Origin: Akkermansia muciniphila
GTDB lineage: Bacteria > Verrucomicrobiota > Verrucomicrobiia > Verrucomicrobiales > Akkermansiaceae
Direction of reading: 5' to 3'
Assembly: GCA_945890645.1 (NCBI GenBank)
Contig: CAMDCV010000016.1
Coordinates: forward strand, 19,028 to 83,027
DNA: 64,000 nt
The notes beneath the pieces are model-generated. The model was not told the DNA's origin and did not search any database. It saw only the letters and a list, made by a program, of their open reading frames with translations. The position numbers and the translations under genes were made by a program. Below, piece after piece: positions 62,362 through 64,000 of this stretch (within the stretch, counting starts at the first letter, position 1; each line of letters starts with the position of its first letter).

Positions 62362-64000
62362 ATGATCGCTCTATTCCGCTTCATAGCTTTTCTGATTTTG
62401 CTGCAAGTAGGGCTATCACCGTGTGCATCCTGCATGGAGCCGCTTACCTGTGTAGAGCAGATCAGAGGCCTTTCTCGCGAGGATGCGGCTCGCGCCTTGC
62501 CTGTTAAACTCAGCGGCGTGGTGATCCACAAGGCTTTGATGAGCCTAGTCTTGCACGACGGCAAGACTGCGATTTACTTGGATTTCCGTTTCGCGCAGTT
62601 GCAGGGGGTGTGGAAGGGGCCGCTACCGGATCTCGATAAAATGATACCCGGTACCGGGGTTGAGATCGAGGGCGTCACCGATCCCGGTGGCTTTTCGCCG
62701 ATGGTGCTAGTGGCGAAGTATAGGAACATCGGCCCGCAGCCGATACCGCAGCCGATACGGCCTGATCTTGAAAAACTGCTTGCCGGCTCGCTCGACAGTC
62801 AGTGGGTGGAGGTCGAAGGAGTTGTTAGAAGATTCGAGAAATCCCCATCCGGGGTGTCATGTCTAACACTTTTGGTGGGTGGTCATTCTTGTCCACTGCT
62901 CCCGAGTAACCAGCTTAATCTTTCCCGCGAGCAGTTGGTGGATGCCAAGGTTAGGGTGCGCGGAGTGCTTTTAAATATCGCTAACCTCCGTTCCCAAACG
63001 TCTGGATTAAAAATCCATTGCAACGGTGCGCAGGATATTGACGTGCTCGTTCCTCCACCTTTGGACGCGTTTCAGGCTCCGAAGGTGGCTCTCAACAAAC
63101 TCATAGAGTTTCGTCCGGATGCCGACCTCGGACATCGTAGAGCCTCGTCTGGGGTGGTGATATTCGCTGTTCCTGGCCAGTTTTTTTACGTGCTGGATGG
63201 GCAATCCTGCGTGCGGGTGGATGCGGGTGATGCGCAAGTCGCTCCCGGAGATCTTATCGAGTTCTCGGGTTTCATTGATGCGTCACGTGTCCTCGCGTCT
63301 TTCAGCGAAGCATTGGTGCGGAAAATAGGAACCGGAACCGTGCCTGCTCCCGATGCGCCTTTGATTTCCGAGATACTTAATCCAAAGACTCGAAGCGCCG
63401 AGGAAATGGTCATGGAATCCGGCTTGCCGGACAGCAATGGTCGGCTGATCCGACTTGTTGGCGTACTGCGTGGAGTCCTGCCTCCAGACAAAGAGGGAAA
63501 TACAATCGTGGTCGTCGAGTCGGACAGGTATTTGGTTAAGGCGTTTCTTCCGGTGGCGGCCTCCCCATGGGTCGTGGGCTCGGTCGTCGAATTAAGTGGC
63601 GTGTGCGAGCTGGAAATGGAGCGGCTCGACAAAATGCCATGGTTCTCGATCACAGGATTTCATGTGTGGCTCTCGTCTCCAGGAGACCTGCGAGTGATTT
63701 CAGAACCGCCATGGTGGACGCCGCGGCGCCTTTCAATCCTTCTTGTCGGTGTGGCTCTCATTCTGGTTCTCGCGCTGGTATGGGGCGGCACGATGCGCCA
63801 CCAAGTTTCCGTGAGAGGGGCGCAGCTTGCGTCGGAGATTGCGGCGAGCGAATTGGCACAATTCGAGTTCGACACGATTTTACGAGAGCGGCAGCGCTTG
63901 GCCATTGACCTTCATGATAACTTGGAACAGGCACTAACAGGTCTCGCTCTTCAACTGGAGATCGCGAGCCGGAATAGGACTTCCGATCCAGCGCTTAGTG
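62362..64000 (+). CDS. sensor histidine kinase (HisKA_3 / NarL-partner type), 3'-truncated by the window end
   Basis: This ORF is absent from the supplied track because it has no stop within the window. My own translation from ATG 62362 is open to nt 64000. It has an N-terminal TM or signal segment (FIAFLILLQVGL), a ~430-aa extracytoplasmic region, and a second TM helix (LSILLVGVALILVLALVW). The H-box is ERQRLAIDLHDNLEQALTGLAL. Confidence 0.8.
   Translation, partial: MIALFRFIAFLILLQVGLSPCASCMEPLTCVEQIRGLSREDAARALPVKLSGVVIHKALMSLVLHDGKTAIYLDFRFAQLQGVWKGPLPDLDKMIPGTGVEIEGVTDPGGFSPMVLVAKYRNIGPQPIPQPIRPDLEKLLAGSLDSQWVEVEGVVRRFEKSPSGVSCLTLLVGGHSCPLLPSNQLNLSREQLVDAKVRVRGVLLNIANLRSQTSGLKIHCNGAQDIDVLVPPPLDAFQAPKVALNKLIEFRPDADLGHRRASSGVVIFAVPGQFFYVLDGQSCVRVDAGDAQVAPGDLIEFSGFIDASRVLASFSEALVRKIGTGTVPAPDAPLISEILNPKTRSAEEMVMESGLPDSNGRLIRLVGVLRGVLPPDKEGNTIVVVESDRYLVKAFLPVAASPWVVGSVVELSGVCELEMERLDKMPWFSITGFHVWLSSPGDLRVISEPPWWTPRRLSILLVGVALILVLALVWGGTMRHQVSVRGAQLASEIAASELAQFEFDTILRERQRLAIDLHDNLEQALTGLALQLEIASRNRTSDPALS

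Noticed and set aside
63186-63653. 155-aa minus-strand ORF and neighbouring small ORFs (63007..63237, 63567..63908, 63660..63905)
   Set aside because: All lie inside the long plus-strand histidine-kinase frame, which I translated myself and which has a clear H-box.
1-64000. Search for tRNA, rRNA, CRISPR arrays, transposases, integrases, reverse transcriptases and phage genes
   Set aside because: None was found by eye. There is no T-loop or acceptor-like cloverleaf of tRNA size, no regularly spaced 25-40-nt repeats, and no DDE, tyrosine-recombinase or RT motifs in any ORF over 100 aa. A tRNAscan, Infernal or minCED run would be the decisive check.

Overview
This is a 64-kb chromosomal segment, moderately GC-rich with several AT-rich pockets. 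The gene content includes a Tat-signal Gfo/Idh/MocA oxidoreductase, ThuA, a sulfatase, a cytochrome-c-fused propeller-like protein, a giant GspK-like pseudopilin and many signal-peptide hypotheticals. That mix suggests a PVC-superphylum (Verrucomicrobiota-like) bacterium, but this is inference only. I can support about 52 protein-coding genes. Housekeeping genes are dnaG, tilS, a HIT protein, an M42 peptidase, citrate synthase, tsaB, murI, mgtE, dtd and an M20 peptidase. Envelope genes are a TamB plus Omp85/TamA pair, an O-antigen-ligase-family protein, a LysM protein and an HlyD-type adaptor. There is also a DUF58 protein and a transglutaminase-like membrane protein, a RES/Xre toxin-antitoxin pair, carbohydrate and sulfate-ester enzymes, and a 5'-partial and a 3'-partial gene at the window edges. 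I saw no rRNA, tRNA, CRISPR array, transposase, integrase or reverse transcriptase. Four items deserve the most follow-up. (1) A three-gene unit at 33128-37960 encodes a 1121-aa GspK-like pseudopilin followed by two paralogous secreted proteins, with no other secretion or pilus genes nearby. (2) A ~135-140-nt multi-hairpin element occurs twice in opposite orientation (19604-19737 and 47090-47230). Its stems show compensatory changes and strand-consistent G-U pairs. (3) An AT-rich single-gene cassette (17771-18199) is flanked by ~40-nt direct repeats that duplicate the 3' end of the upstream gene. (4) A cluster of immunity-like or orphan small genes (29323-31300) has no visible toxin. All family assignments come from motif recognition by eye. 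No database search was run.
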